A stretch of 64,000 nt of DNA from positions 2,592,001 to 2,656,000 of the forward strand of contig OY759729.1 of the NCBI GenBank assembly GCA_963662585.1. The letters run 5' to 3'. Under the pieces are notes generated by a model. The model worked only from the letters and a program-made list of their open reading frames with translations, did not search any database and had not been told where the DNA came from. The stretch comes from Candidatus Cloacimonadales bacterium. GTDB taxonomy: Bacteria > Cloacimonadota > Cloacimonadia > Cloacimonadales > JAFGVF01. The translations under genes and the position numbers were made by a program. Of the stretch, positions 1 through 10,729 are shown one piece after another (position 1 is the first letter of the stretch; the number at the start of each line of letters is the position of its first letter).

Positions 1-629
1 AAACGAAAGCCCCTAGATTCTTTAAACTTGATACTCAGCACTTAAAAGACTGGGGGAAATATAAATCAAAAAAGAAGAGAGACCTAAAGCTTCATATTTT
101 AAGGAATGAACAATATTACCTCTGTATTTATTGCGAAGGAAAAGTCAATATGAAGGATTCGCATATTGAGCACCTCCGACCTAAAGATATTCATAAGTAT
201 CCTGGCAAACTTTTTGATTATCATAATCTTACTGTTTCTTGCAATGGCGATTGCCAAGACATGTGTTTAGATGATCAGCCCCATACTTGCGGACATATCA
301 AAGCTAATCTCTATGATGAGAACCTATTCCTTAATCCTACAGAATTAGAAGATATCGAAGATTACTTTGTCTATGATAGTGATGATGGCAGAATACTCCC
401 CTCGCAAAAAGCTCCAGAAAAAGCTATGTATATGATTTATACAGTTCTTAAACTTAATGACCCTCAACTCTGCTTAGCTCGTAAGATTGCTTTAAAAACT
501 TTGCAGAGTAAAGTTGCTTCATATCCCAAGGAAAAGAGAAAAAATATCTTAAGTTTATTACTCAGAAAACAGAATATTGCTTTTATTAGTTTTCTGAGAT
601 ATAGATATCGAAGTTTACTTCAGAGTTAA
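1..629 (+). CDS. TIGR02646-family HNH endonuclease (Septu PtuB / retron-associated type), 5'-truncated by window edge
   Basis: Frame is open from base 3 (TKAPRFF...EQYYLCIYCEGKV...HIEHLRPK...YHNLTVSC...CGHIK...FLNP), so the gene starts upstream of the ORF-track start at 150. EQxxxCxYCE, HIEHxxP and CxxxK motifs are typical of the family. Confidence 0.8.
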   Translation, partial: TKAPRFFKLDTQHLKDWGKYKSKKKRDLKLHILRNEQYYLCIYCEGKVNMKDSHIEHLRPKDIHKYPGKLFDYHNLTVSCNGDCQDMCLDDQPHTCGHIKANLYDENLFLNPTELEDIEDYFVYDSDDGRILPSQKAPEKAMYMIYTVLKLNDPQLCLARKIALKTLQSKVASYPKEKRKNILSLLLRKQNIAFISFLRYRYRSLLQS

Positions 630-654
630 AAGTTCTTTCAAATGAATTAGCTCG

Positions 655-777
655 AATTACTCTGTGCTTGAATCGTGGATTTGTTTAACTGTTTAATCCT
701 ATGTTGGAAACCCTCTTCTGTCGGACGGTGGGCAACTTGTCCGCCTCATTCTACTAACAATGACAATCTTAAATCCC
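655..777. repeat. 123-bp direct repeat, copy 1 (REP-like hairpin inside)
   Basis: AATTACTCTGTGCTTGAATCGTGG...TCGGACGGTGGGCAACT...CAATGACAATCTTAA is nearly identical to 3288-3410. Confidence 0.9.
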
Positions 778-988
778 GACCTGTGGAGTATAGCTTTATA
801 CTTTGCTAAGGCTATTCCGAATGTATTAGCGATGCCTCAAGGGATGACATAGAATAGCCTGAGATAAAATCCCGCAAGGATGGCTAGCTTGGAAAAGTGA
901 TTTCTATAAAAAAAAATAATTGCTCAAACATTAAATGACATTATTATATATATTTGAGTACTATTAAATAAAAAGTGAGGAGTATATT

Positions 989-3265
989 ATGAAACGGGTT
1001 CTGTTGCTAATGGCTTTGTTAACTTTTCTTATAACTAATTTATGTGCAAATGTAGGTGATTCTAGAAAACCCATATCTCTCAGAGATATTAGTAAAAGAC
1101 AATTAATTCCAAATAGTAGGTTCACTCCTGCATATACTTTTGCTATCGAACCTGTCTCCATAGTTGATAACTACTATGATTATTTCCCAGGTTCATATTC
1201 TGGAAATCCAGTTCAAAGGGTTCAAACTGATAATTTAGATGGAAACTTTTTAACTTTCCATTTTCAAGGCACTGCATCCTCAGAGAGAAAGATTTATCAT
1301 GCCTATGTTGATAACACGGGCTCTGTTAGTTATGATGGTATTTTTGGCGCTTCAAATGGTAGGGAAGGGTATCCCGCCCTAACTATGTCTGGAGGAGGAA
1401 AGCCACTTGTAGCTTATCATGTTGATATTGATGATGATGAATCCCTTGAAGTTGTTTTTCGTCATAATGCAATGCTGGATAACAATTTGTATTTTCATTC
1501 AGAACCCTTGAATATTATTGATAATCCAGTTGAGATTATGGTTGATGGTGAAGCTATTTCAACAAATGAGTTTATCTGGCCTTCAATCCAGATTGGTGAT
1601 TCTCCAATTAACAGTTTAAAAAGAGTTTATATTCTAGCGAAAAACGCTATAACTAATGGCAGTGGTTTTTCTGAAAATGTAATTATTTATTTTAATGATT
1701 TTAATGAAGAAGATCTTGAATCTCAAGATTGGACTAGCTCAAGTTGGTCATCAACTACTATTCCGCAATTAGATGCTTGGAATGTTTCTAACGGTGATTT
1801 GAGAAGAGCCTATATGTCTTTCATAGCTCATGAAGATAAAATCTATTATATTGGCTATCATACAGCTTATTCCGGCTCTAGTACTAATGCAATACCTCTG
1901 GAGGAAGGTAAGTTGACAGCATTTGTTTGTGATAACTATGGTGCTGGAGTATGGACTCAACACTCAACTTTCGGGGAGTTTGCCTCTATCAATCCACCCT
2001 ATATTGATCCCTATACAGGTGATGAATTAGTTCCTGCTCAGTACTATTTTAATGACAATATAACTGATGAGATGCTAAGCAACAGCATGGGGCAATCCAA
2101 GAACTTTAACGCTGGGGTAGATAATGAAGGAAGAATTCACTTCCCGGCTTTCTATACTTTAAATGTTGATGACGGCTCTTACTTCCATGATTTTCACACT
2201 GTTAAGAATATCACTTTTGATACTAATACCCTAGAATGGAATCTTGCTGAAGTTTACCCACAACAAAGAAATGGGACCGAGCCATTTATACCAAATGACC
2301 CTATAGATATTACCCAATATGATAGTATGGAAAAATATCCACATGACGCTCTTTGGCAATGGTGGGATCAAGACGGTGATGGACTCTATGACGAAATTCT
2401 TGATGATGGAACTTGGGATGGTGTCGATGATAGCATAACTGAGGATTTGACTGAATATTGGGGACGCCCAATTGTGTCTACAATTTGGCCCTACATGTAT
2501 TGGGATATAAACGCTGCTGATGGTGCTATGATGCATCATTTGCATACTGCTCAAATCACTGATGCTAATGATGAAGGTATGATGGCTATGGTTTGGCAAG
2601 AAACCTGGGGATCGGCTTTGTTCAAAAATTTAGACTCATATCCTCAAAACAAAGAGTGGGAATATATGTGCGGACTTGTCATTTCGGTATCTAATGATAA
2701 TGGCAGACACTGGTCTGAACCTATTTTCTTAAATGGGGTCGATACAGCTGAAATGGCAGAGGAAATACCTGAATTCCCATATCTTGGTAACGAAATTGAT
2801 TATGTTGGATTAGATGAAGATGGCAACAAGATCGGGCGTATCTATGTTATGTATCTTGATGATGATACTTATGGCTCATCTGTGCAAAGTATCGGTCAAT
2901 CTACTGGAGGTAGCATGAAATTCATGGCTCTTGATGTAACATTTACAGATGCACCTACAAGTAGTTCGGACAATGATGTTGTTCCTAATATGTCCATGCT
3001 AAAGCAAAATTACCCTAACCCTTTCAATCCTACTACTAGGATTAACTATAATGTTGTAAAATCAGGGAATGTGAAGCTTAATGTTTATAATGTAAAAGGT
3101 CAATTAGTAAAAACTCTTGTAAATTCAACCAAAAGTGCAGGTTTAAACGAAGTTGTATGGAATGGTGATGATAATGCTGGTAAAAAAGTTTCTTCTGGTC
3201 TTTATCTCTATAAGTTGGAAAATGGAGGAAGAAGTGAAATGAAGAAAATGGTAATTATGAAATGA
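989..3265 (+). CDS. Secreted protein with C-terminal FlgD-Ig/T9SS-like sorting domain
   Basis: Signal peptide, acidic body, one Asp-box-like motif (SNDNGRHW), C-terminal NYPNPFNP...YNVKGQ...WNGDD...SSGLYLY. Confidence 0.85.
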   Translation: MKRVLLLMALLTFLITNLCANVGDSRKPISLRDISKRQLIPNSRFTPAYTFAIEPVSIVDNYYDYFPGSYSGNPVQRVQTDNLDGNFLTFHFQGTASSERKIYHAYVDNTGSVSYDGIFGASNGREGYPALTMSGGGKPLVAYHVDIDDDESLEVVFRHNAMLDNNLYFHSEPLNIIDNPVEIMVDGEAISTNEFIWPSIQIGDSPINSLKRVYILAKNAITNGSGFSENVIIYFNDFNEEDLESQDWTSSSWSSTTIPQLDAWNVSNGDLRRAYMSFIAHEDKIYYIGYHTAYSGSSTNAIPLEEGKLTAFVCDNYGAGVWTQHSTFGEFASINPPYIDPYTGDELVPAQYYFNDNITDEMLSNSMGQSKNFNAGVDNEGRIHFPAFYTLNVDDGSYFHDFHTVKNITFDTNTLEWNLAEVYPQQRNGTEPFIPNDPIDITQYDSMEKYPHDALWQWWDQDGDGLYDEILDDGTWDGVDDSITEDLTEYWGRPIVSTIWPYMYWDINAADGAMMHHLHTAQITDANDEGMMAMVWQETWGSALFKNLDSYPQNKEWEYMCGLVISVSNDNGRHWSEPIFLNGVDTAEMAEEIPEFPYLGNEIDYVGLDEDGNKIGRIYVMYLDDDTYGSSVQSIGQSTGGSMKFMALDVTFTDAPTSSSDNDVVPNMSMLKQNYPNPFNPTTRINYNVVKSGNVKLNVYNVKGQLVKTLVNSTKSAGLNEVVWNGDDNAGKKVSSGLYLYKLENGGRSEMKKMVIMK

Positions 3266-3287
3266 ATTGAGAAAGACCCTTCAAACA

Positions 3288-3410
3288 AATTACTCTGTGC
3301 TTGAATCGTGGATTTGTTTAACTGTTTAATCCTATGTTGAATAGCATTTTCTGTCGGACGGTGGGCAACTTATTCGCCTCATTCTACTAGCAATGACAAT
3401 CTTAAGTCCC
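3288..3410. repeat. 123-bp direct repeat, copy 2
   Basis: Same sequence as 655-777 with a few substitutions. Confidence 0.9.
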
Positions 3411-3643
3411 ATTCAGGGAAAATATCTAAAAAGGATTCAGTAGGATAGCCTTGGGTAAAATCCTGACTTGTGAGGGCCTAGCTTTTAAGCGAAGACTCAA
3501 GTGATGCAAGTCCGAGAAGAAAATGCCAAGAATAAATTCCCTTGACTGGTTAGCGGAGAAGGAATAAAAATAATAATTTAATTTGACAGTAATGTTAAAA
3601 TATATTATTATAACTAAAATGAAGAAAATCTACGGAGGAATAT

Positions 3644-4054
3644 ATGAAAGTAGAATCCTTTGACAAAGTTAAATTGGAAGATGTGAATGTAGAAGGTGCT
3701 GTTGGAACTAAAATTAGATGGTTAATCTCTCAGAAAGATGATGCTCCAAACTTCGCTTTAAGAATGTTTGAAGTTCAACCTGGGGGTATGACTCCTTTTC
3801 ATAGTCATGCTTGGGAACATGAAGTATTTGTTCTTGAGGGTGAAGGCGAATTAGTCCTTGCTGGTGAGAAGAAGCCTTTTAAGAGGTATGATGTTATATA
3901 TGTAGATCCAGAAATATATCATCAATTCAAAAATACTGGGGAAACAGTAATGAAATTCCTTTGTATTGTTCCACATGAAGATGCTCCAAAAAAGAAGAAG
4001 AAAGATGAAAGCACTGGCAATCCCTTTGCTGCTGGAACTGCCAATAATTGTTAA
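3644..4054 (+). CDS. Cupin domain protein
   Basis: PGGMTPFHSHAWEHEVFVLEGEG and HQFKN cupin motifs; GGAGG RBS. Confidence 0.9.
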   Translation: MKVESFDKVKLEDVNVEGAVGTKIRWLISQKDDAPNFALRMFEVQPGGMTPFHSHAWEHEVFVLEGEGELVLAGEKKPFKRYDVIYVDPEIYHQFKNTGETVMKFLCIVPHEDAPKKKKKDESTGNPFAAGTANNC

Positions 4055-4132
4055 GCAGACTGTTAAAAAAACTTTGTAAGGATTTCTTTTAAAAAAAAAG
4101 AGATCAAGATTTAAGATGTAAATGGAGAAATA

Positions 4133-5206
4133 ATGAATAAAAAATTAAAAGAATTTTATAAAGAGTTAGTTACTGCTCAAGGTCCTTCAGGTTTTGAGTA
4201 TGCTGCTCAGAAAGCATATTATGATTTTGTAAAAGATTACTCTGATCAAGTTGAAGCAGATATTAATGGTAATGTTGTTGCAACTACTAAAGGAAAATCA
4301 GACTTTTCCGTTATGATTGCTGGTCATGGCGATGAAATAGGTTTTATGGTAAACCATATTGATGCTGAAGGTTTTGTATATGTTAGAGTATTAGGTGGAC
4401 TTGATGTTACCCTTTTACCTGGCTTAAGAATCAGTATTGTTCACGAAGGTGAGATAGTGAGAGCTATCTTTGGTAAAAAAGCAGCCCACATGGTTAATAA
4501 AGGTGATAAAGCACCTGATAAAATAGAAGAACTTTGGCTGGATATTGGAGCTAAAAATAAAGAAGAAGCTGAAAAAAGAGTCGCTATTGGAGATTTCGGT
4601 ACATTTACTCCTAGTTATGAAGAACTTACAGACGATATCGTAGTTAGTAAAGCTGCTGATAACAAAACAGGTGTTTTCGTTGCTGGCTTAGTTCAGTACT
4701 ATCTTTCTAAAGAGAAAGAGCAAATTCTTGCTACAGTTCATAGTGTCTCAACTGTTTGTGAAGAATCTAACGGTAAGGGGGCTTACACAATGGCTGATAC
4801 TTTAAAACCAACTATTGGTATAGCTGTTGATGTAACTTTCGCTTCTGACCACCCAGGTGTGGATAAAAGAGTTTATGGTGATGTTAAAGTTGGAGGTGGT
4901 CCCGTTATTGCAATGGGTTCATCTTTAAATCCTAAAGTATGGAAATTGCTTATCGAAACAGCTAAAGAGAAGAAGATACCTTATCAAGTAACTGTTGATC
5001 CTAACAGAACTGGTACAGATGCAGATTCTTTCTTCAAACTAAATGGGGGTATAGCTACTTCTGTTATTAGTATTCCTAACAGATATATGCACTCACCAAA
5101 TGAAGTTGTTTCTCTTAAAGATTTAGAAAATACTGCTAAATTAATTTTTGAATTTGTGAAAAAGATAGAAGCGGATATTGATTTATATCCTTTCCATCTT
5201 AACTAA
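4133..5206 (+). CDS. M42 family metallo-aminopeptidase
   Basis: AGHGDEIG, KAADNK, CEE, AVDVT, TGTDA and RYMHSPNE motifs. Confidence 0.9.
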   Translation: MNKKLKEFYKELVTAQGPSGFEYAAQKAYYDFVKDYSDQVEADINGNVVATTKGKSDFSVMIAGHGDEIGFMVNHIDAEGFVYVRVLGGLDVTLLPGLRISIVHEGEIVRAIFGKKAAHMVNKGDKAPDKIEELWLDIGAKNKEEAEKRVAIGDFGTFTPSYEELTDDIVVSKAADNKTGVFVAGLVQYYLSKEKEQILATVHSVSTVCEESNGKGAYTMADTLKPTIGIAVDVTFASDHPGVDKRVYGDVKVGGGPVIAMGSSLNPKVWKLLIETAKEKKIPYQVTVDPNRTGTDADSFFKLNGGIATSVISIPNRYMHSPNEVVSLKDLENTAKLIFEFVKKIEADIDLYPFHLN

Positions 5207-5227
5207 ATCAAGTACGATACAGTAAAA

Positions 5228-5266
5228 GACCCTCATATATGCCAATGTGAGGGTCGTTTTTTTTTT
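5228..5266 (+). terminator. Intrinsic terminator
   Basis: GACCCTCA...TGAGGGTC followed by a T-tract. Confidence 0.8.
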
Positions 5267-5381
5267 CCACTTATGCCACTAAATAGCTTTCTTTTATGCC
5301 TAATTCAAAAAAACATTGACATATTTTTATCATACTTGATAATTAATTTTAATCTAAAAATAATAAACAAGGAAACTATGA

Positions 5382-6143
5382 ATGATCGAAGTTAAGAATT
5401 TATCTAAACAATTCATCCAAAAGGATGGAGATTTATTTACTGCGGTAGATAATGTTTCTTTCCGTGTTGATAAGGGTGAAATTGTCTGTTTACTTGGAGT
5501 GAATGGAGCTGGAAAAACAACTACTATGCGAATTCTCTCAACCGTGTTTGAACCTACTTCGGGTACAGCTGAGATTGAAGGCTATGACATAGTTAGCCAA
5601 GGACATGATGTTCGCCGTAATCTTGGATTCCTATCAGGAGACACAGGATTATATACTAGATTAAAAGTTAGAGAGTTCCTAAGGTATTTTGGTGATCTTT
5701 ATGGTTTAGAGCGTAGAGTTACAGATGCTAGAATCGAAGAGATGGCTGATATGTTGGATATGCGAGAGTTTTTGGATAAAAAGATAGATTTCCTCTCCAC
5801 TGGTATGCGTCAAAAGGTATCAATTGTAAGATCAATAATCCATAACCCTCCTGTAATGATTTTAGATGAACCCACTTCTGGCTTAGATATCTTAACAGCG
5901 AGAAACATTGTTTCTTTCATCAAAAGATCTAAAGAAGAGGGTAAAAGTGTACTTTTCTCTACTCATATCATGAGAGAAGCTGAAAGGTTAGCAGATAGAA
6001 TAGTGTTGATTCATCAGGGTAGAATTCTGACTCAAGGTACTCTTGACGCTTTAAGGGAAGAAACCCAACTATCTGATTTAGATGATATATTCGTATATTT
6101 TGTAAATAAAATGACAGACGAAGAGGTTGCAGAAAATGAATAA
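5382..6143 (+). CDS. ABC transporter ATP-binding protein (NatA-like)
   Basis: Walker A GVNGAGKTT, signature LSTGMRQ, Walker B ILDEPT. Confidence 0.85.
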   Translation: MIEVKNLSKQFIQKDGDLFTAVDNVSFRVDKGEIVCLLGVNGAGKTTTMRILSTVFEPTSGTAEIEGYDIVSQGHDVRRNLGFLSGDTGLYTRLKVREFLRYFGDLYGLERRVTDARIEEMADMLDMREFLDKKIDFLSTGMRQKVSIVRSIIHNPPVMILDEPTSGLDILTARNIVSFIKRSKEEGKSVLFSTHIMREAERLADRIVLIHQGRILTQGTLDALREETQLSDLDDIFVYFVNKMTDEEVAENE

Positions 6144-8250
6144 TAAAAAAGTAAGAAAGATATTTTTTAAAGAGTTGTTAGAAGTCTATCGTGATAAAAG
6201 AACCCTTTTTTCAACAATCTTGTTGCCTCTAATTCTTTATCCTGTTATTTTTATCGGAGTCTCATCTTTAATGACCCGTCAGAATCAGAAAATGGAAGAA
6301 GAGACTAAAGTTATTGCTTTAGAGAATTTTGATAATTATGCTGATTATGACAATGAAGAATTAGATTTCGTTGTGGAAAATATTCAACAAAAACTAACTT
6401 CAGATGATAAGATAAAAATCTTTAATGGTGAAAGTGAAATAGATACTCTACTCAAAGAGGGAGTTATTCATACAATTGTTAGATTAGATTCAATTTCATT
6501 TAAAGAACCTCAAACATACTATTTTGAATATAAATATGATGGTTCAAGCGATAAAAGCAGTTTGGCTTTAGATAAAGTTAAATCCATAATTAGTGATTTT
6601 GAAAAGGACTTAATTCGAGTTCGCTTGAGTAAGATTACTGACTTAGCTGAAGATGATGCCTATCTAAATCCTCTTTCTCAAGAAGCTAAATTAACCAATG
6701 TAGCATCTTCTCAACAGATGCTAGGTATGGTTGTTGGCAGATTACTTCCTTATCTTCTAATTATGCTTTTGATTAGTGGAGGAGCTGTCGTAGCGACAGA
6801 TCTAGTCGCAGGAGAGAAAGAAAGAAAAACTTTGGAGACTCTCTTAGTCTCTTCAGTCTCTCGTAATGAAATAGTCATGGGTAAATTCTTCACTATTGTT
6901 ACTGCAAGTTTGGTGAATGTTGTCATAAATATGATATCTATGTATTTCTCTTTCAAACTGATGGTAGGACAGTCAGGATCTTCTATGGTTGGGGCTAACA
7001 TTCCTTTATCATCATTTGTTTGGGTCTTGCTCTCATTACTTCCTTTAGTGTGTCTAGTTAGTGCTCTATTATTGATAATCTCTACTTATTCTAGAAATAT
7101 GAAAGAAGCAAGATCTTATGAAAGCCCTTTAATTATGGTCGCTATGATGTTAGCTATGGTTTCAATGTTCCCGGGTTTTGAGATGAATAAAGGTCTAGCC
7201 TTGGTTCCTATTGTGAATATATCCCTATTGTTTAAAGAAATTATGCTTTCCGGAGTAAATTTAGTTCATTTCGGCTATACTGTAGGCTCAACTATCATTT
7301 TGAGTGTTATTGCGATAATTATGACTATTAAAGTTTTTGCCTCAGAGAAAGTACTTTTTAGAACTCAAACAGAAACTTCTTTCGCTGGTTTAAAAAAGAA
7401 TAAAGCACAACTTTTAACTCCTGCAATAGGGCTTGTCTTCTATATGGTTATGATTGGTTTACTCTATTATATCGGCTTTGCTTGGCAAGGAAAAGCTTTT
7501 GTAAATGGCTCAGTTGATCAAGAAATATTAATGCGAGAGGTCTTAAGAACACAGATAATTATTATCGGTTTACCTGTAATGATTTTTGTAAATCTTCTCT
7601 TTAGGAAAGGAAAGAATAGTGGGGATAAAAAAGAAGCAAGAAAAGAAATGAAAAACTTCTTAAGATATAAATCATTTAAGTTAAGTAATTTAGTCTTAGT
7701 TCCCTTACTCGCAGTACCTGCAATAGTAATCTCCTCATGGCTTACTAAGATAGTTAATTATTTCTATCCTATTCCTGAAGATTACTTTGCCGGAATGATG
7801 GAACTAATGACTGGTAAAGAACTACCTCTTATGGTGATTATCGGTGTGATAGCTGTTGCTCCTGCTATTTTTGAAGAACTACTATTCAGGGGCCTATTAC
7901 CTCGCTTCTTCGAAAAGAAAGGTGTCTGGTCTGCTATAATCATAACTGGTATTCTCTTTGCTATCTTCCATTTAGATTTCTATAAGCTTTTACCAATCAC
8001 TTTCTTAGGCTGTTGGTTGGGATATTTACTATTTGTAAGTAAAAGTATCTATATCCCAATGTTAGCCCATTTCATGAATAATTTCTTGGCAGTAATGCTT
8101 GGTCAAGAATTTATCCCAACTAAATATGCTAGCCTTGTAGAGGGAAATGACTTAACTTCGATATTAATATTAACAGGCTCAGTGGCCATCTTTATCATAA
8201 TAAATTTAGTAATATACAAAACAAATAAAGGTTTCGAGGAGATTAAATAA
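6136..8250 (+). CDS. NatB-like ABC permease fused to CPBP/Abi (CAAX protease-like) domain
   Basis: AGEKERKTLETLL permease motif; C-terminal EELLFRG, FAIFH and AHFMNN CPBP motifs. The ATG at 6136 overlaps the upstream gene. Confidence 0.85.
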   Translation: MNNKKVRKIFFKELLEVYRDKRTLFSTILLPLILYPVIFIGVSSLMTRQNQKMEEETKVIALENFDNYADYDNEELDFVVENIQQKLTSDDKIKIFNGESEIDTLLKEGVIHTIVRLDSISFKEPQTYYFEYKYDGSSDKSSLALDKVKSIISDFEKDLIRVRLSKITDLAEDDAYLNPLSQEAKLTNVASSQQMLGMVVGRLLPYLLIMLLISGGAVVATDLVAGEKERKTLETLLVSSVSRNEIVMGKFFTIVTASLVNVVINMISMYFSFKLMVGQSGSSMVGANIPLSSFVWVLLSLLPLVCLVSALLLIISTYSRNMKEARSYESPLIMVAMMLAMVSMFPGFEMNKGLALVPIVNISLLFKEIMLSGVNLVHFGYTVGSTIILSVIAIIMTIKVFASEKVLFRTQTETSFAGLKKNKAQLLTPAIGLVFYMVMIGLLYYIGFAWQGKAFVNGSVDQEILMREVLRTQIIIIGLPVMIFVNLLFRKGKNSGDKKEARKEMKNFLRYKSFKLSNLVLVPLLAVPAIVISSWLTKIVNYFYPIPEDYFAGMMELMTGKELPLMVIIGVIAVAPAIFEELLFRGLLPRFFEKKGVWSAIIITGILFAIFHLDFYKLLPITFLGCWLGYLLFVSKSIYIPMLAHFMNNFLAVMLGQEFIPTKYASLVEGNDLTSILILTGSVAIFIIINLVIYKTNKGFEEIK

Positions 8251-10085
8251 TGTGTGGAATAGTTGGTTATTTAGGGAGACACAGCGCTGTCCCTATTGTT
8301 CTTTCAGCACTAAAAAAGTTAGAGTATCGTGGTTATGATAGCTCAGGTATTGCCATTTATAATGGAGATGAACTTAAAGTTTTCAAGGAAGCAGGAAAAA
8401 TTATTGAATTAGAATCATCACTTCCTGAACCTAACTTAACTATGTCAAATATTGCGATTGCTCATACTCGTTGGGCAACACATGGTGAACCTACTAAGTT
8501 GAATGCTCACCCTCATCAAGATAAATTGCATAATATTGCCTTGGTTCATAATGGAATTATCGAGAACTATAAACAGTTAAGAGATATCTTAATAGAACAT
8601 GATGATTTCGTTGAAGGTGAAACTGACACTGAAATATTAGCTCATGTGATTGGCTATTTCTATAACAAACATAAAAGTTTAGAGGCTGCGGTTCGCTCAG
8701 CTCTCCATTTGGTTGAGGGTACTTACGGTATTGCAGTATTTTGTAAGGACAATCCTAAACAAATTATAGCTGCCAGAAAGGGTTCTCCCCTTATTCTTGG
8801 AGTAAGTAAAGATGCTTATTTTTTAACTTCTGATGTAAATGCAATTCTTACTCACACTAATCAAGTTATCTATCTTAACGATAAAGAAGTAGCTGTGATT
8901 AATGAAGATAACTACCTGATCTCAACTATTGATAATGTTCCAGTTGACCCTGAGATAGCTACAATCGAATGGGAAGCCTCTTCAGTTGAAAAGAATGGCT
9001 TCAAACACTTTATGCTTAAAGAAATCTTTGAGCAATCAACCACTGTTCGTCATGCCTTTAGAGGTAGATTATACGACTGTATGGCTACAGCTCGCCTGGG
9101 TGGACTCAACATGCTTCCATCTGATTTAAGAAAAGTTAAAAGATTGCAATTATTAGCTTGTGGAACATCCTATTACTCATGTCTATTAGGAAAATACTTG
9201 ATTGAAAGAATGTCAAGGCTCCATGTAGAAGTTGAATATGCTAGTGAATATCGCTACCGAAATCCAATTATTGAAGATGATACCTTAGTTTTTGTTGTTA
9301 GTCAGTCTGGGGAAACTGCTGATACCTTAGCTGCAATGAAAGAGGCAAGCGCTAAAGGTGCCAAAGTTATGGGAATTACTAACGGCATCGGAAGTACTAT
9401 AGCTCGAGAGTCTGATGGTGGTGTTTACATCTATGCTGGTGCTGAAATAGGCGTTGCTTCAACAAAGGCCTTTACCTCTCAAGTAACGATTTTATTCCTC
9501 TTAGGACTTCTTTTTGGCAGAATGAAAGGAATATCACCGATAGAAGGCATAGAGTACATTAAAGCTCTCAAGAAAATCCCTGAACAAATAGATGAAATTC
9601 TCAAGCTCAATGATAAAATTAGAGATATTGCAGCTAAGATTAAAGATTCTACAAATGCCTTGTATCTTGGTAGAGATTTGCATTTCCCTGTCGCCTTAGA
9701 AGGGGCTCTAAAACTTAAAGAGATTTCTTATATTCACGCTGAAGGATATCCTGCTGCCGAGATGAAACATGGACCAATTGCTCTAATAGATGAAAATATG
9801 CCAGTGATTGCTATTGCTCCTAAGGATGTTTTATACGACAAAATTATATCAAATTTACAAGAAGTGGTTGCTCGTAAGGGAAGACTATTTACAATCATCA
9901 CTGAATCTGATGAGCAGATAGAAAATATGTCTGAAGAAGTGTTAATTGTCCCTAAAACATTATCAGAGCTTCAACCAATATTGACTATAATACCACTTCA
10001 ATTACTGGCCTACCATGTTGCTGACTTAAGAGAACTTGATGTAGATCAACCGCGAAATCTTGCTAAAAGTGTAACTGTTGAATAA
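8250..10085 (+). CDS. glmS: Glutamine--fructose-6-phosphate aminotransferase
   Basis: MCGIVG N-terminus, HTRWATHG, SQSGETADT, C-terminal PRNLAKSVTVE. Confidence 0.98.
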   Translation: MCGIVGYLGRHSAVPIVLSALKKLEYRGYDSSGIAIYNGDELKVFKEAGKIIELESSLPEPNLTMSNIAIAHTRWATHGEPTKLNAHPHQDKLHNIALVHNGIIENYKQLRDILIEHDDFVEGETDTEILAHVIGYFYNKHKSLEAAVRSALHLVEGTYGIAVFCKDNPKQIIAARKGSPLILGVSKDAYFLTSDVNAILTHTNQVIYLNDKEVAVINEDNYLISTIDNVPVDPEIATIEWEASSVEKNGFKHFMLKEIFEQSTTVRHAFRGRLYDCMATARLGGLNMLPSDLRKVKRLQLLACGTSYYSCLLGKYLIERMSRLHVEVEYASEYRYRNPIIEDDTLVFVVSQSGETADTLAAMKEASAKGAKVMGITNGIGSTIARESDGGVYIYAGAEIGVASTKAFTSQVTILFLLGLLFGRMKGISPIEGIEYIKALKKIPEQIDEILKLNDKIRDIAAKIKDSTNALYLGRDLHFPVALEGALKLKEISYIHAEGYPAAEMKHGPIALIDENMPVIAIAPKDVLYDKIISNLQEVVARKGRLFTIITESDEQIENMSEEVLIVPKTLSELQPILTIIPLQLLAYHVADLRELDVDQPRNLAKSVTVE

Positions 10086-10270
10086 AAATAATAGTACATC
10101 ATGGAATATATAAAACACAATAGAAAATTTCTGTAAAAAAAACTTGCGTTCTTGATGCTTCTTTTTAAAATGTCACTAAGGAAAAATCTATTTGGATATT
10201 CTCAAAAAAAGAGTCAATACTGATAGATTTAGATTTGTTATATTAGATATTATTTACTTGGAGGAAAATA

Positions 10271-10726
10271 ATGGTTAATAGAGCTAAAGAGTTTATTAAT
10301 GTTTTGGATGTTTTACAAGAAAATTTGTCTCTTAGAGATAGCAACTTAAAGAAATGTGATGATTTAACAAAAATTGATTGCTTTTTATTGCAATTCCTTT
10401 ATAATACTAAAGGTAAGGTGATAATGAATGATTTAGCAGATATACTGCAAGTATCTCATAGCAGAGTTACAAGATTAATGGACAATCTATGCAGTTTAAA
10501 TTTAGCTAAAAGAGAACATTCAGAGGAAGATCGAAGGCAATGGTATGCTGTGCTTACTCTCGAAGGAGAATATAGAGCAAAAATGATTTCTGATAAAGTT
10601 ATAGACCATCAGAAAAAAGTACTCAGCTTGATACCAAAAGAGAAGTTAGATGAAATATTAGAATCTCTCGTTATCTTTACTAGAGCCTTTGAGAATATCA
10701 CCCAAAAAATGGAAAAGAAGGTGTAA
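10271..10726 (+). CDS. MarR-family transcriptional regulator
   Basis: Winged HTH (LADILQVSHSRVTRLMDNL) and the DRR...LT motif. Confidence 0.85.
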   Translation: MVNRAKEFINVLDVLQENLSLRDSNLKKCDDLTKIDCFLLQFLYNTKGKVIMNDLADILQVSHSRVTRLMDNLCSLNLAKREHSEEDRRQWYAVLTLEGEYRAKMISDKVIDHQKKVLSLIPKEKLDEILESLVIFTRAFENITQKMEKKV

Positions 10727-10729
10727 TTA

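Noticed and set aside
8150..8250. glmS ribozyme
   Set aside because: There is no intergenic space; the upstream CDS overlaps the start codon.
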